A stretch of DNA of 63,990 nt, counting the filler, from Diploschistes diacapsis (taxonomy: Eukaryota), in NCBI GenBank assembly GCA_023645945.1. It is 4 parts of 4 records of this genome, joined end to end, with 100 filler letters (N's around TTAATTAATTAA, not from the genome) between each part and the next. Parts side by side here need not be neighbours in the genome. Positions count along the whole stretch, not along the records: positions 1 to 16,313 come from JALAIB010000512.1; 3 more parts are not named here. One strand, 5' to 3'. Position 1 is the first letter of the stretch, and the number at the start of each line of letters is the position of its first letter. Below, in pieces: positions 1-12,343 of the stretch. The notes beneath the pieces were generated by a model, which saw nothing but the letters and a program-made list of their open reading frames with translations, was not told the DNA's origin and searched no databases. A program made the translations under genes and the position numbers.

Positions 1-45
1 CAACCCTACCCCCTCTCCCCAAAACAAAAGCGAAAGTAAACTCAC

Positions 46-254
46 CCCTGCGTAGCCCCCACATAGTCCTCCTCCCGCACATGCTTGACCCCAACCTTCA
101 TGCCGTCCTTGGTAAACGTGATGTGGTGGTCCTCCATGCTCTTGTTTGTCTTGTCCGCGATGTCGTTGATGATAGTGTAGACCACGTAGCTGACGACGCC
201 GGCAAGGGTAAGGAGAATGAAGAGGATGAGCAGGGGGATTAGGGGGTGCGCCAT
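46..254 (-). CDS. First exon of a small single-pass membrane hypothetical protein; the rest of the gene lies outside the window
   Basis: ATG at 254; hydrophobic N-terminus followed by FTKDGMKVGVK; GTGAG splice donor at 45-41 on the minus strand. Confidence 0.65.
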
Positions 255-1275
255 GGTTTTGTTTGTTGTCTGTTAGGCGAGTGAGTACGCAGATGTTGAT
301 GTGGACGTTGGGGATGAGGACAAATGTTGAGCTGAGAAAGGAGAGAAGAGGGGAGCGAAGCGACGGATGTGGAAGTTGGAATAGAAGTGAGGGAGGAGGA
401 AATATCGAGAGATAACCGCGGATTGAGGAAAGGTCGATTCCAAGGTGTTTTAAGCCCAGTGCTTTGCCGGAGTCTGGTGCACTCTTCCTAGTCTAGGCGC
501 AGTTGTTTTGCTTCAGCGCTGCTGCGCCCAACTCCCAGACTCGCTCGGTAGAAATTGAGAGTAAGCCGCGCGACGCCCTTTCCCGACACGGAGGGTAAGC
601 AGTTCTATCTCTCCTCCTGTCAAATAAAGTATCGAGAATTTCCTGTCTCTTTGCGCTGACAGAAAGGCAGCCTTGAAAAGAGCTCGCCGAAATTGTGACT
701 TGGGGACAGATAAATTGACAGACAGACGGTCGTTATGGTGCACGGCCGATTTACAGAATCACATGCCATGCTGCCACAAAAAAACACGTCAGCCAGCTGA
801 AAAGGCCAGGTTACCAGTAAAAAGGGACAGCTAAAACATAGCGCAAAACCCCCGTTTCCCATGGCCAAAAGCAATTGGGTCAGGGGCTGTCTTGGCATCC
901 GGTAGGCAATCGTTTTCGTAGGTAGATTTTGATATCAGATACAACAAGAGAAAAGACCAGCAAACCTCAGCTTTAAAGGATGATATACATTACTCATTAC
1001 ATCAAGGTACCAGCCAATTCACATCCAAACAATGCTGCGGGGGGTAGGGCGAGTGGGTTTTCAATAGTGGGCATTGGCCCTGTCTGTCTAGCAAAGGGCA
1101 GGAAGAGAGACTGGCTGTTCGCTTATTTTTGCAGCGTGTTCGAAGGAGATTCATTCAGCTCTCGATAAGCATAGCCTATACGGCGACTTGAAATCAACAC
1201 CGGATTTATCCTAGCATATAATGCCTAACCCAGGAAATAGATGTTCATTGCAGACCAAGTACCCCATATCATAAA

Positions 1276-4206
1276 CTAAACTCCCCGAATCTACCAAGAT
1301 CGTTAGCTGTAGTCTACTACTAACAACAGAAGACATGCTTACCAATCTCAAAATCAAAAACCACATCGCCCCAAGAAACCTGAACAATGAGAGCGCCGCC
1401 ACGCTAAACAGAATGACCTGCATGTAGATGATCGACCTCGCCTCCTCGTTCTGCCTCGGGTTCGTGACATCCAAATCATCGATATCCGCGCTGAGGATTG
1501 CGCCCGCAAGTACCAGATTCGAGAACATCCAAACGAGCACGACGCCGGAGCGGAAACCCTTGTAGTAGTCTTGTTGCTTGTCGTCGGCCGAGATGTTCTT
1601 GACTTCCTTCGGCGCCTTCTCCGCGATGATCTTCATCTGCTCGTCGTACTGTGCGTTGAGATCGCCGTCGTTATCCGGGATGTCGACGTCGACCTTGCCG
1701 TCCGCCTTGAGGTTGACGCTGGCGAGCTTCTGGGGTTTGTCGTCGCCCTTGGTGCCCCACGTGATGTCGTGGGTGTTGCAGAAGGCGTAGACGTTAAGAA
1801 TGTTGAGGTAGGTCGGTGTCAGCATAAGGTATTGGACGAACTGCAACAGCTCGTCAGTATGTGTTTCGCTGTGAACACCCGAGGAAGACTTACACAAGTG
1901 ACCATATGCCATGGGTCGAAGAAGAGAAGCGAAGCTAACAGGTACATGACCCACGTTGAGAGGAGCGAGACGATCAAAGTAGCAAATACGGTATTTTTGA
2001 AGAGTTCCGCAACCGTGAAAGGAGTACCGTCGTTGAGCTGCGCTTGCACAGATTTGACGGTGATGAAGATTGAAGCGAACAACAGGTACGTCATGAGGAA
2101 GGCCCAGAAAACTACCATGCTCATGTAGAACTTCCGTGAACCCTGGGGCCGATTGCCGAGAGAGAGAACGAAGCAAGCCAGTAGCACCGCAAGGTACAGG
2201 GCTTGGAAGATAACACCCAGGACCACTCCCGCTTGTCCGAGCAAATTAGGGTCTCCGAGACCAAATGTCAGGATCCTGAAAACCAAAAAGAAGTTTCCCT
2301 ATCTTCTGTCAGCTTGAGTCTTGGAATCTGGGGATCAGCTACTTACAATGCCGAACCATGCGAAAAGCATGTTGACCGTCTGGTAGGTGAATTCAAGAAA
2401 CAGCATAAACTTTCGCAGAAAACTATGAGCACTGCGCCCGATTTGATAGAAATGCGCTACAGCGTAGACAGCAGCAAAAAAACTACCATTGAGCCATCGT
2501 CGACGCTGCGAGATGAACTCTGGAAGCTCGTCGGGCACATCTGTCTCACCGTTCGCCGACTTGACGTACTGCAGCACCCATCGGCAATTGCGTTTCGAAA
2601 CGAGCTCGAAGCAGAGGATACGATCTTCGGCCAGGTACATATTGGCGGTGAAGATACCGGCGTTCGCACCGTGCATCTTTTCGCCAGCAAAGTACTTCTC
2701 GAGAGGGCCTTGGCCGGTCTTGTCGTTCTGGAGAGCAACATAGCGGTAGGCAGAGAAGGCTCCTGGCAAGACCGAGATGAACCCAAATACGGATTCCAGG
2801 GGCTTGTCCAGAATGTTGCTCATCTTGTATTCAAAGTTTTGCGCGGCAACAAGGGGATTGACCAGCTTCGCACCGTGCGATAACATGACCTTGATTTCAC
2901 CGCAAGCACCTCCGCACATGGGCTCCAGGTCAAAGGCCTTCCAGAGCTGGTATATCGAGTCTTTTCCGGGCTTTGTTCCAGCATCGAGCAGAACACAGAT
3001 GTTGGGGTCCAAGACCCTTCCAAATGCCTGGAAGAACCATCGGTGAGAGTTGATCTTCTTCTGGTTCTTCTCCTTCAAACAGAACAACATCTGCACGGGA
3101 CAACCACCCTTCGGCTTCAGCTGGACGATTTTGCCCTTTAGATCAAGGCCTATCTGCGTAGTGTATTCGTAAATATGGGCCGTGACATCCTTCTTATTGA
3201 CCTGTTGCTTGGCGATACCTTCCTGGTAAACACCCAGACCGGCAAGTACGGCTTGTGTTCTCTTGTTGATCTTCGCACGACCGTCGCTAACAACACAGAC
3301 CACGATCTTCTTCCAAGCTTCTTTGCCCCAAGTCTTGCTGTTTGTTCGCGAACACATGAACTCGATGTTTTTGAACACTCCTATCATTGTCCGCGCAAAC
3401 AAGAAGTCATCTTCGTTGTACATTGTCACGACGATGAACAGCTCGGTATGCCGTGGCTTGGCGAAAAGTCGTTGCCGAAGTGTGAAGCGCTCTTCGAAGA
3501 ATTCCGAAGGGTCGCAGGTTGCAGCAGAATACCGCATGTGTGTGAATTCATCTCTTTCCGGCGGTTGAGCATGTGGTATTTGGTTCAGTAGCTTTGGAGG
3601 CACCGGACAGTCGAGAACCAAGTTTCCATTAAAGAGTTGGACTTCCTTCACAGTCTTCCACCTCTTGATCTGACCAGGAGCCTGCGGAGTAACGGACGGG
3701 GGGGGACCTTGTGGCTCATAGTTGACGTCTGATATGTCGGGCCCATAGCTGTTGGTGCCAGTGAGGATCGGCCTCTGATCGTTCTCTTCATAGTATGGTA
3801 ATTGATGCTCTGATTGAGGCATGTATGGATCTCCTTCATGATCATGATAGGGACTCTGCTGCTGATACGGGTCGTGATGATCCTCTGTAGGCGATATGCC
3901 GTATCCTTCCGGCGCGTAGTTGTAATGCGATTCCGGCATCCGTTCATGTTGTGGGAAGTAGTTTGGGTCGTGGGTGTATGAGTGGTCAAAGTTCTCAACG
4001 GAATATGTGGGCTGCGACGCAAGCCTATCTTGAGGCCCGCCTGGCATAGGTAGTGGTGAAACATCGTGTCTGTATGGATCGTCTTCTAATTGATAGCCAT
4101 GCGGTGCCGCTGGTGAGGGTCCTCTTCCGGGAGGACCCATGGCCGCGTTGAAACCTTCTTCTTCAGGGAGATATTCCTGGTGGCCTTGAATTCGCCTGTT
4201 AGCCAT
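1276..4206 (-). CDS. CHS: Chitin synthase, division 1 (most like class I); exons approx. 4206-2347, 2298-1894, 1840-1343, 1290-1276
   Basis: Motifs [70 protein letters not shown] donors and YAG acceptors join the ORF pieces in frame. Confidence 0.97.
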
Positions 4207-4846
4207 GGCTTCTGCCTGCTCCAGAGAACAGTCACCCGCTTATTGGCATGGGAGCTGAGAGACAATTTGGCACTGTGAGAGGGTTTCCCAAACAAAGGAA
4301 ACGACGTTGGATAACAGCCTAAGATAGCCAGTACGAAAGAAGTGCTCACCTATGCGATCATACGCCATTGTAGAATTGTCCTCCGAGGCACCTTCTTCGG
4401 TCAATCAAAGGAATGCACGGCAGTACTGCCAAGCCCTCCTGATTAGGCGGCGCCCAGTCTATGTGAAACTGCCCAAGACTAGAAGTTCTAGGTCGCTTGG
4501 GTCGGGGAAGGAGCGAGTTGTTGTGGTACAGGATCGTGAAAGGGCGTTAAAAGGCACAGCGAAGCCCCTAAAAAACAGAAGCAAAGTTTACTCGAGCGAG
4601 ACTCGTGAGAGTAGGAAGTGGTGCTGCCGTGGGGGGGATCGTTTGACTTGCAACAGCAGCCGAAACTCTGGTTGTTGCTCAGGTTGCTTTGCGGCTAGCC
4701 TGTTGATTAAGTGGAAAGGGACAATGCACGTTGTTAAGTAATTAAGCAAACTAACTTGGATCAAAAGAGGGTATTTCCATCCTGGCATAGAAGGGCTTAC
4801 TACCTATGGATAGTTGCTGCATAACCCCTCAAATCTCCTTCCTAAA

Positions 4847-4870
4847 TATATATATATATATATATATATA
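4847..4870. repeat. (TA)12 microsatellite
   Basis: Read directly in the intergenic region between the divergent CHS and LMW-PTP genes. Confidence 0.95.
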
Positions 4871-5122
4871 CTCAGGGAGAGGCGCAGAATGCTAAGTATG
4901 CCAGAAATGCAGCAAAAAGTGCCATAATATAATAGCCCACACTAACCCAGCCCCAGCCGACGCGAAACGCACAAGGCATTCTCTATATTTAGATATTAAT
5001 TCCTCAAAGATACCAAAACCATCGACTACTTTCACGATAGAAGACCATTCTTAACCTTCTTGCCGAGTTTGTTACTACATTGACTGGGAAATGAGTTCTT
5101 CGAAGAAGCGGCAAATACCGTG

Positions 5123-5788
5123 ATGGCACGCGACGCCAACCCGAAGGACAGTGAGTCCGGCGAGCGCAAGCCCATCTCGGTGCTCTTCGTATGTCTGGGG
5201 AACATTTGTAAGCCCCAGAGAGGCACTCAATTGGTTTCCATTGACGCGTAGCCAGGCCGCTCGCCAATGGCCCAGGGAGTCTTTGAGCACTTGATGGCTA
5301 CTCTGCCCCCTGCCTACCCTCCTGTCAAGGCCGATTCTGCCGGAACGGGTGCCTACCACATCGATGACACACCCGATCAACGCACCCTGGCCACGCTAGA
5401 AGTCCACGGCATCCATGGTTTTGACCATCTCGCGCGCCAGTTTCACAAGTCAGACTTTGACAATTTCGACTATATACTCGCTATGGACCAGGACAATCTA
5501 AAGGATCTCCAAGGTGTTCGTCAACGTCTGAAGTCGGTCAAGAGACCTGAGCCAAAAATATCCCTTTTCGGTGATTATAGCGCCAGAGGAAGCGACGCTC
5601 GAGACAGCAGCAAGCTTATACAGGATCCGTACTATGGTGGCGATTATGGTTTTGAAATTGCTTTCCAGCAGTGCGTAGAATTCTCCCAGGGCTGGCTTCG
5701 CGATGTCCTGGGCATTGATATCGAGATGGATAATGAAGGTAATGTCGCTTTAAAGGTCCCAAAGGGCTCGGCGGACAATGTAGCTTGA
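5123..5788 (+). CDS. LTP1: Low-molecular-weight phosphotyrosine protein phosphatase (1 intron, ~5208-5255)
   Basis: Spliced P-loop SVLFVCLGNI-C-RSPMA, DSAGTGAYH, FDYILAMD and DPYYGG motifs. Confidence 0.93.
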
Positions 5789-6086
5789 AGGGCTCGAGTA
5801 TCGACTACCCATGCTTAGGTCTCAATGCCCATATTCACTGAAGGCAATGCGAACATGGGATCAATGGTTTGATGTGAAGGTCGAATGCATTTTCGGTGTT
5901 GAAGAGCTTCTGACTGCAGGCGAATCTGCTAAAAAAATTTGAAAGCATAAAAAAGCTTCGCTACCTGCTGAGGACATCGCTTGGAGGCCTGGAATCTGAC
6001 GAAAGGTTCTGGACGACCGGGTCTCTCCAGTCGTTGACGACATAGGGCACGAAGGGCAGTGGCATGTAACCAACAACCGAAGACGT

Positions 6087-6624
6087 TCAAGGACCTGGGT
6101 CATCTAGAATGAACGCTCTGCCAGCAGCAGCCATGTCGATTACGTTGTAGTCTTCCCCAATCTCGAATAACTTATTCTTGAGCCATGCCCGCTGCTTGTT
6201 GGGTGCACACGAAACGGCTTGTCCAGCGGATAGCGACTGATAAATCACAAATGCGGCAAAAGTGTCGACCACCATGCGATGAGCGTCTTTGGTCGGTTTG
6301 AGGAGCTTGGTCCTCTACAAGGTCGGCCAGTGCTCTTGAGGGGCTTCCGTCTATGGATTGGCGAATACTTTCTGCATAGCGGTTGATCGGATCTTCAAGG
6401 CCCTGCAAAAAGGGCAGTGTCGCATAAATATTGTCCACGAGATCTTGCAGTATGGCCACGGTTGTTCGATACTCCATGCAGTGTAGAAGCTCTGGAGGTG
6501 CGAATAATCTCTTTAGGCAACTGAAGATGATCGTTCGCACAAAGATTCTCATGGTGCTGCGTCTGTTGTATATCCAAGCTGTCCAAATATAGTGGAACAG
6601 GCCTCCCACACTCAATGTGCACAC
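6087..6624 (-). pseudogene. Probable frameshifted C-terminal relic of a fungal Zn2Cys6-type transcription factor
   Basis: IWTAWIYNRRSTMRIF, LQDLVDNIYATLPFLQG and, in another frame, QRAWLKNKLFEIG resemble the C-terminal region of fungal C6 regulators; no zinc cluster seen; pattern recognition only. Confidence 0.4.
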
Positions 6625-7733
6625 CTACACGTGTGCTTTAGATAGCTGAGTCATGTATCTTTCGAATATAAATATCCGACATGTCTCCTTCTAGATAGTT
6701 TGAATCATCATCCTTCAGTACCTTAACTGGTGCAAGAAAATAAGGAGAATCTAGTATCCGCATAACTCCTTTCGGCGACCTTCTTGAAGGGCATGCTGTC
6801 ATGCAAATAAATCCTGATCGACCATTTCCGCATCCCGAGTAGCTTGGATATTTTCCAAACAAGTTGCGATGTCACGCGCGGGTTTCCAGTCGCCTTAGTT
6901 TCAGCTCTTGGGTTCACTACCTCTCTCCAATTAAAGTAAGCTTATGTGCTGGTAAGTAATGAAATGTCTGTTGAGTTTTCGGCCCAGGTCATCTCAGACG
7001 ACGACGACGACGCCGATGACGCTGAACCTGTGTCAATGCTCCTTGCTTTTATCATGTCTCCGTCTTGTGAGTCTCATTCTGCATTCTTATTCCGATTGCA
7101 TCACGGTACCCTGGGCAAGGCCGTCCTGTAACGATGCATCTTTCATGGCATTATCGAAAGCTTAATCAGGGAGTCAATAAAATAAGGATCTACAACCAAC
7201 TTCGATTCTTCGCTGCCGACATGTTATTGCGGCCAATACACCATTTGGATCGGGTTGCTGACAACAATTCAAACGGGGAACAAATAGAATGAATTAAGAA
7301 GGTCTTCGTCCACCACCATCAATTAGGAAAGAGCTATGAAGCAGTGACTTTTTGTGCTCCGGATGAAGAATTACTTTTCTTTTCTACGAAGACACTTGGC
7401 TTATGGAGGTACTTTAGAACGCGAAACCAGGACCGATCGTTCTGGTGCTTTGTGATCCATCCATATTTTCAGCCTCACCGGGCATACGCACGTACCCATC
7501 TGGAGCCAGTAGGGTAAATCTAGGTGGTAGCAGACACTTCAGGGTGCTTCAGAGAAATCACTCACAGTCAGTCTCGCAGCTCGACAACAAGCTGCATACG
7601 GGTTTTGGGAGAATTGGTAATCTCCGTAAAGTCCACGAACTTTGAACTTGGTGAGGTCAACGGCGAGTCTCGACTGAGTGAGGCTGTAGTAACTCTTTAC
7701 GTATAAGCAAAAGTAGATTTAAGCGTTCAATCA

Positions 7734-9482
7734 ATGGACATCTCGTCAATTCAATTGCGCCTCAGTTCAGCAGAAAAGTATCCTGGTAGGTCAAAGCCCT
7801 GGGTCACGCTTCCGTTGTGCAACATGAGGCGAACTGAGTTGCACCTCTAGCCAAGCAACATGTGCAAAGGGTAGCAAGTAAACTCGGTGTTTCAGACGGT
7901 CTATTGTATCTACTTGGCCAATATGCCTTGGATATTGAGGATAGGTTTGCAATCTCCGCGCTAATCGAACACGTGGATGCTGATCAACATCATTCAGTGA
8001 CCAACAGAAAACATGGAGACAGCGGCGTTATTTCTATTAGTCTGTATTTACATTTGATCAGCAATGCAACCAGATTGACATGCCCATAGCTGCTCGGGTG
8101 TTGACGTGCCAAACTGCTGTTTGACCTACAATATCAAGGAGGATGAGCTCGTCCTCTATATTCCCGAGATCCACCCGGAACGGGTCATATGGATGGGCAG
8201 ACCGCCAACCATCGATGAAGCGAAAGAATTGTAAGGCAGAATCTTTGGCTCTTAGCGTGCTTTTTCCTTTGATTTGTAGGGATATGGATCTCTTGTTGAG
8301 TGACCTATGGCCACATGAGTGGAACTTCCCTCACTACTTTTTCTACTTTTTCAATGTATGATTGCTTACAAAGCTCCCAGATACGACGTCGACGACGTCC
8401 GCCATAACTCCGCCATCTTCCCCGACCTCAAGCACTGGCTTTGCGCCAACACGTCATCCACCTTCTACATCCTCCACCCTGACCACAAACCCGACCTTCA
8501 CTTCCCCAACCTCGACCCCGAGCGCCTCCAGCGCGCCATAGACCAGGCGCGTACCATCAAAGACTCCTACGAAATCGCCCGCATCCGTCATGCCAACGAC
8601 GTCTCCGCCGCCGCCCACACCGCTGTGCTGCGCAATATTCGCTACTTCAGCAACGAAGCGCAGATCCAAGGCATTTTCGAAGGCACCTGCACCTCGCGCC
8701 AGGCGAAAAAGCAAGCTTACTCCGTCATCGCCGGCTCCGGCGCGAACGCCGCCGTGCTGCACTACACGGCGAACAACGAGCCGTTGAAGGACCGGCAGCT
8801 CATGTGTCTCGACGGCGGAGCGGAGTGGGAGAATTACGCGAGCGACGTTACGCGCACGTTCCCCATCTCTGGGGGCGAGTGGCCGAGCACAGAAGCGCAG
8901 GCGATTTATAAGATCGTAGAGGAGATGCAGGAGAGCACGATTGCGATGCTGAAGCCGGGTGTGCACATGCTGGATTTGCACGTTCATGCGGCAAGGGTTG
9001 CCATCAGGGGGCTGCTAGGGCTGGGGATTTTGAAGGGAGAGGAAGACGAGATTTATGCCGCAGGGACGTACAGGGGGTTTTATCCGCATGGGCTAGGCCA
9101 TCACGTGGGGCTCGAGGTGCACGATGTCCTAGGAATTCCAATATTAAAGTACGGCGCGCAGGAACGCAGCTTTGGCGGGCATATGTCCATGGAGCTGCTC
9201 GCGCCATGCCGCGCGGACCAGCCGCCGCTGGAGGAGGGCATGGTGGTGACGGTGGAGCCGGGGATCTACTTTAACAGGTACGAGCTCAAGCGGGCGTATC
9301 TGTCGGATCCGGCGCACTCGAAGTTCATCGACGAGAAGGCACTAGAGGCGTATTGGGCTGTCGGGGGAGCGAGGATCGAGGACGATCTGTTGATTACAAC
9401 GGAGGGGTATGAGAACCTGACTACGGCGCCGAAGGGGAAAGCGGCGCTTGAGATTATTAGGAGGGGGCATGATCATTCCTGA
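7734..9482 (+). CDS. pepP: Xaa-Pro aminopeptidase/prolidase (M24B), multi-exon
   Basis: Exon 1 ends EKYP then AKQH, RQRRYFYY; catalytic exon has LHY, DGGAEWENYASDVTRTFP, HGLGHHVGLEVHD, TVEPGIY and RIEDD. Confidence 0.93.
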
Positions 9483-10287
9483 TGTGATGGTGTTAGTCAA
9501 TGGCATTTTTCAATTGAAATATAGAATCTACGCGGCATTATCATGATTCACGGCTAAGCTGTTGCATCTTCTGCAACTTCGCTCTACGAGTAAGCCATCA
9601 GCGCATTGCGCGTCGCTGACGGCTCTCCAGCTGCCGGCAAAGCCCACCCACCCTCCGTACACACCTATTCTATCCTCTGCTCGTTGTCCCAACGACAGAA
9701 CCGTACAAGCTCCTCAGCCCCGTTCCTCCTACTCTGCTCAAACGTGAGAAGACAATAAGCACACCCTCAAGGTCACTTCTTCCCGAATGAAATACCCCAC
9801 CATGGCACTGATCTAGAAGTTTGCATACGCATTAAAAACTCCAGCATGCCCACACACAACAACACGACTGCGACCCGCCCAAGCTCACGTTTTCCCTCCG
9901 AAGGGGCTTAGCTCGAGGGTTTGGCTGGCTTGCGCTAAGCTCGAAAGCGGTCGGGATGCGAGAGAGGCATCTCAGCTGCTGGGTTTGTAGATACGGCGTC
10001 GCATTGATTGATGATGAGGTGAGAAGTGAGTAGTATTCTGAGGCTGTAGGAAAGTTCTCCTGGCAACCTGGAAGCAAATAATTTATGAGGGTTTGAGATA
10101 AGTGCAGAGATATAAGTTGGACGCAAGGTCTGAAGTTCTTCTTTTGCTGGGTTGCTCATGCTATCTGCGAACACTATCTGGAGATTTTAAAATCCGCTTC
10201 GCCGTTGCCGCTGGGCTCTCGAGCCATTTCAATTTTTTTATTAATCGCTCTTTTCTTGTACATTTCTTTGTTCCGCATCCTTTCAGC

Positions 10288-11145
10288 ATGATCAACGACC
10301 GCGGTGGCCTGGCAATAGCCACCCTCATCTTCTACGTCCTCGCCATCCTCGCCTCCCTCCTCCTCTGCCGTAAGCACGGCTTCGGTCGCAACGGCGGCTG
10401 GATCTTCCTTATGATATTCTCGCTCATCCGCGTGGCCGGCTCCATCGCCGAGCTCGTCGCCGTCAACGACCCCTCCGTTGCTTCCGTAACAGCCGCCACG
10501 GCGCTTGCGGGCTCCGGCTTCTCCGCGCTATTGATGGCTGAAATTGGCGTACTGCAAAGACTGTAAGGACTGCCTCCTTCTTCCTCCCCCCTTCCACAAG
10601 CCCAAGTGGTATCTCCCGAGCAGGACTGATGGCGGTGCAGAAACGAAGGCATCCCCGCCGCAGTCGGCCGCATCCCGCCCATCGTCTTCAGGGTCACGGT
10701 CCTCTCCCTCATTGTCGGCCTTGCCCTCGGCATCAACGGCGGCGTCCAACAAGCCAGCTCCTCCCAGAACCAAGGCCAGACGTACAGCCATGTAGCAGGT
10801 ATCCTCTATGGAGTCGCCTTTGTCATTATGTCCCTCGAAGCGCTCTTCACTGGTCTCCGTATCCGCTACATTATCCATGGCGAGCAGAAACTGCTCATGG
10901 CCATTGCGGCGGCCTTCCCGTTTCTGGTTGTCAGACTGGTGTACACTGAGTTTGTGTACTTTGAGTTCATGTCCGGGACGTTCAATGCGATAACCGGGAG
11001 TGTTGTGGTAGAGGCTTTTGTGAGCTACTTCCCGGAATATGTGGTTATGTTGTTATTCCTAGTGGCAGGATGGTTCACGCCTAGGATTGAGAGGCATCAG
11101 ATACACTCGGGTAAGTATGTTGAGGATGCGACTGGAGTGCCGTGA
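10288..11145 (+). CDS. Multi-pass fungal integral membrane protein (DUF7702/RTA1-like), 1 intron ~10563-10624
   Basis: About 7 hydrophobic segments; RKHGFGRNGGWIFL near the N-terminus and PFLVVRLVY near the C-terminus; GTAAGG...CAG intron. Confidence 0.7.
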
Positions 11146-12343
11146 AACCCTGCGTTTTGCTCTCTTGTTCTGGAAGCGGGGACTGAAGGTGGCTTTGAGA
11201 TTGCAGTGGAAGATGGCTACAACAATACGGGCTCGAAGTACGGCAACCAAACTTCTGGACGCATTGAGCACGCATGAGCGCTTGTTGCAGAGATAGTTGC
11301 TTCTAGTGCCAACTGTTTGGGATCAGTCGGTACCTGCTACAAGCGCATCCAAGTCTGGCTTACCTACCTTCTTAGGGGTTCGTTTGGTGTTCATGGGTAA
11401 CTTAGCGATCTTTTTTCTTTTTTACTCGTCTCGTAAAAAGCAATAGCGCAGGCGGGTTAGTGTTTTATGGTCTGCTTTACCGGCGTAATGGATTTGACGA
11501 GGCAGATTCATCCTCACTAAGCTTCTTTTCCATTTTCCTCCTCTTCTTCATCATATTCTTTTCCGAGTGTCGCAGTGCCCGAACCATCATCATAGAAGTT
11601 CTCATTTTGCGCTACATAAGGATAGCTACATTCTCAAAATTCCTACGCTGTAAGACCTTATCATTCAGAGTTCTTCTACCATCGAAGCTGGAACAATTGG
11701 TATTGTTTGGTGCCTAAAGAGGCAGTTCCCGATCCTTAGACGAGTCATGATAGCTCCTGCACGAAACGGTCCCTAGGCACGATGATAGTGCCAGGTAACT
11801 GCTGAGTCAAGAGGAGGCAGTATATTAGAGCTGCTACGTAATAGAGCCTTGTGATTATGAGAGTCAGCGTCGGTGCTTAAGGCCTGTAACAGCTCGTAAA
11901 GTCCCATGGCAGCATATACGTACCACAAGGGATTTCACCTTGTAAGGCTGAGTAGTCGCGAACGGCGAATCGTTATTCCCTGACTAGAACATGTGACGAC
12001 ACAGACACAGCAGGGCAGCAGCACAGTCACCACCCGGGCAGCCGGGGTGCTGCCTATTCGTACCTAACCTAAAGATGACTATGACCCCATTGGCATTGGG
12101 GTATCCATGCACAGACCGGTCTCCCCCAAGAAAGCTGTCTACTTGTTAGAAATAAAATGTTGGTTGTCTTTGTATAGTATCAACCTGGCCTTGGGAACAA
12201 TCTGTTTAGCTTACTCAAGGACTCGTTTCCCTTCTTCGATCTCCTGACATCAAAAAACACTCTAGCGGCAACGCATCTCCTGCTCCGTCACTCCACCGTT
12301 CATTGTTGTCAGCTCCTTATTGCTTCTCTCTTGGCCAGGCCTC

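Noticed and set aside
1571..3591. Long plus-strand ORFs (185, 226, 138 aa) over the chitin synthase
   Set aside because: Antisense shadows of a codon-biased conserved gene; no recognisable motifs
9562..10174. Short ORFs between pepP and the membrane-protein gene
   Set aside because: No motifs or convincing splice structure
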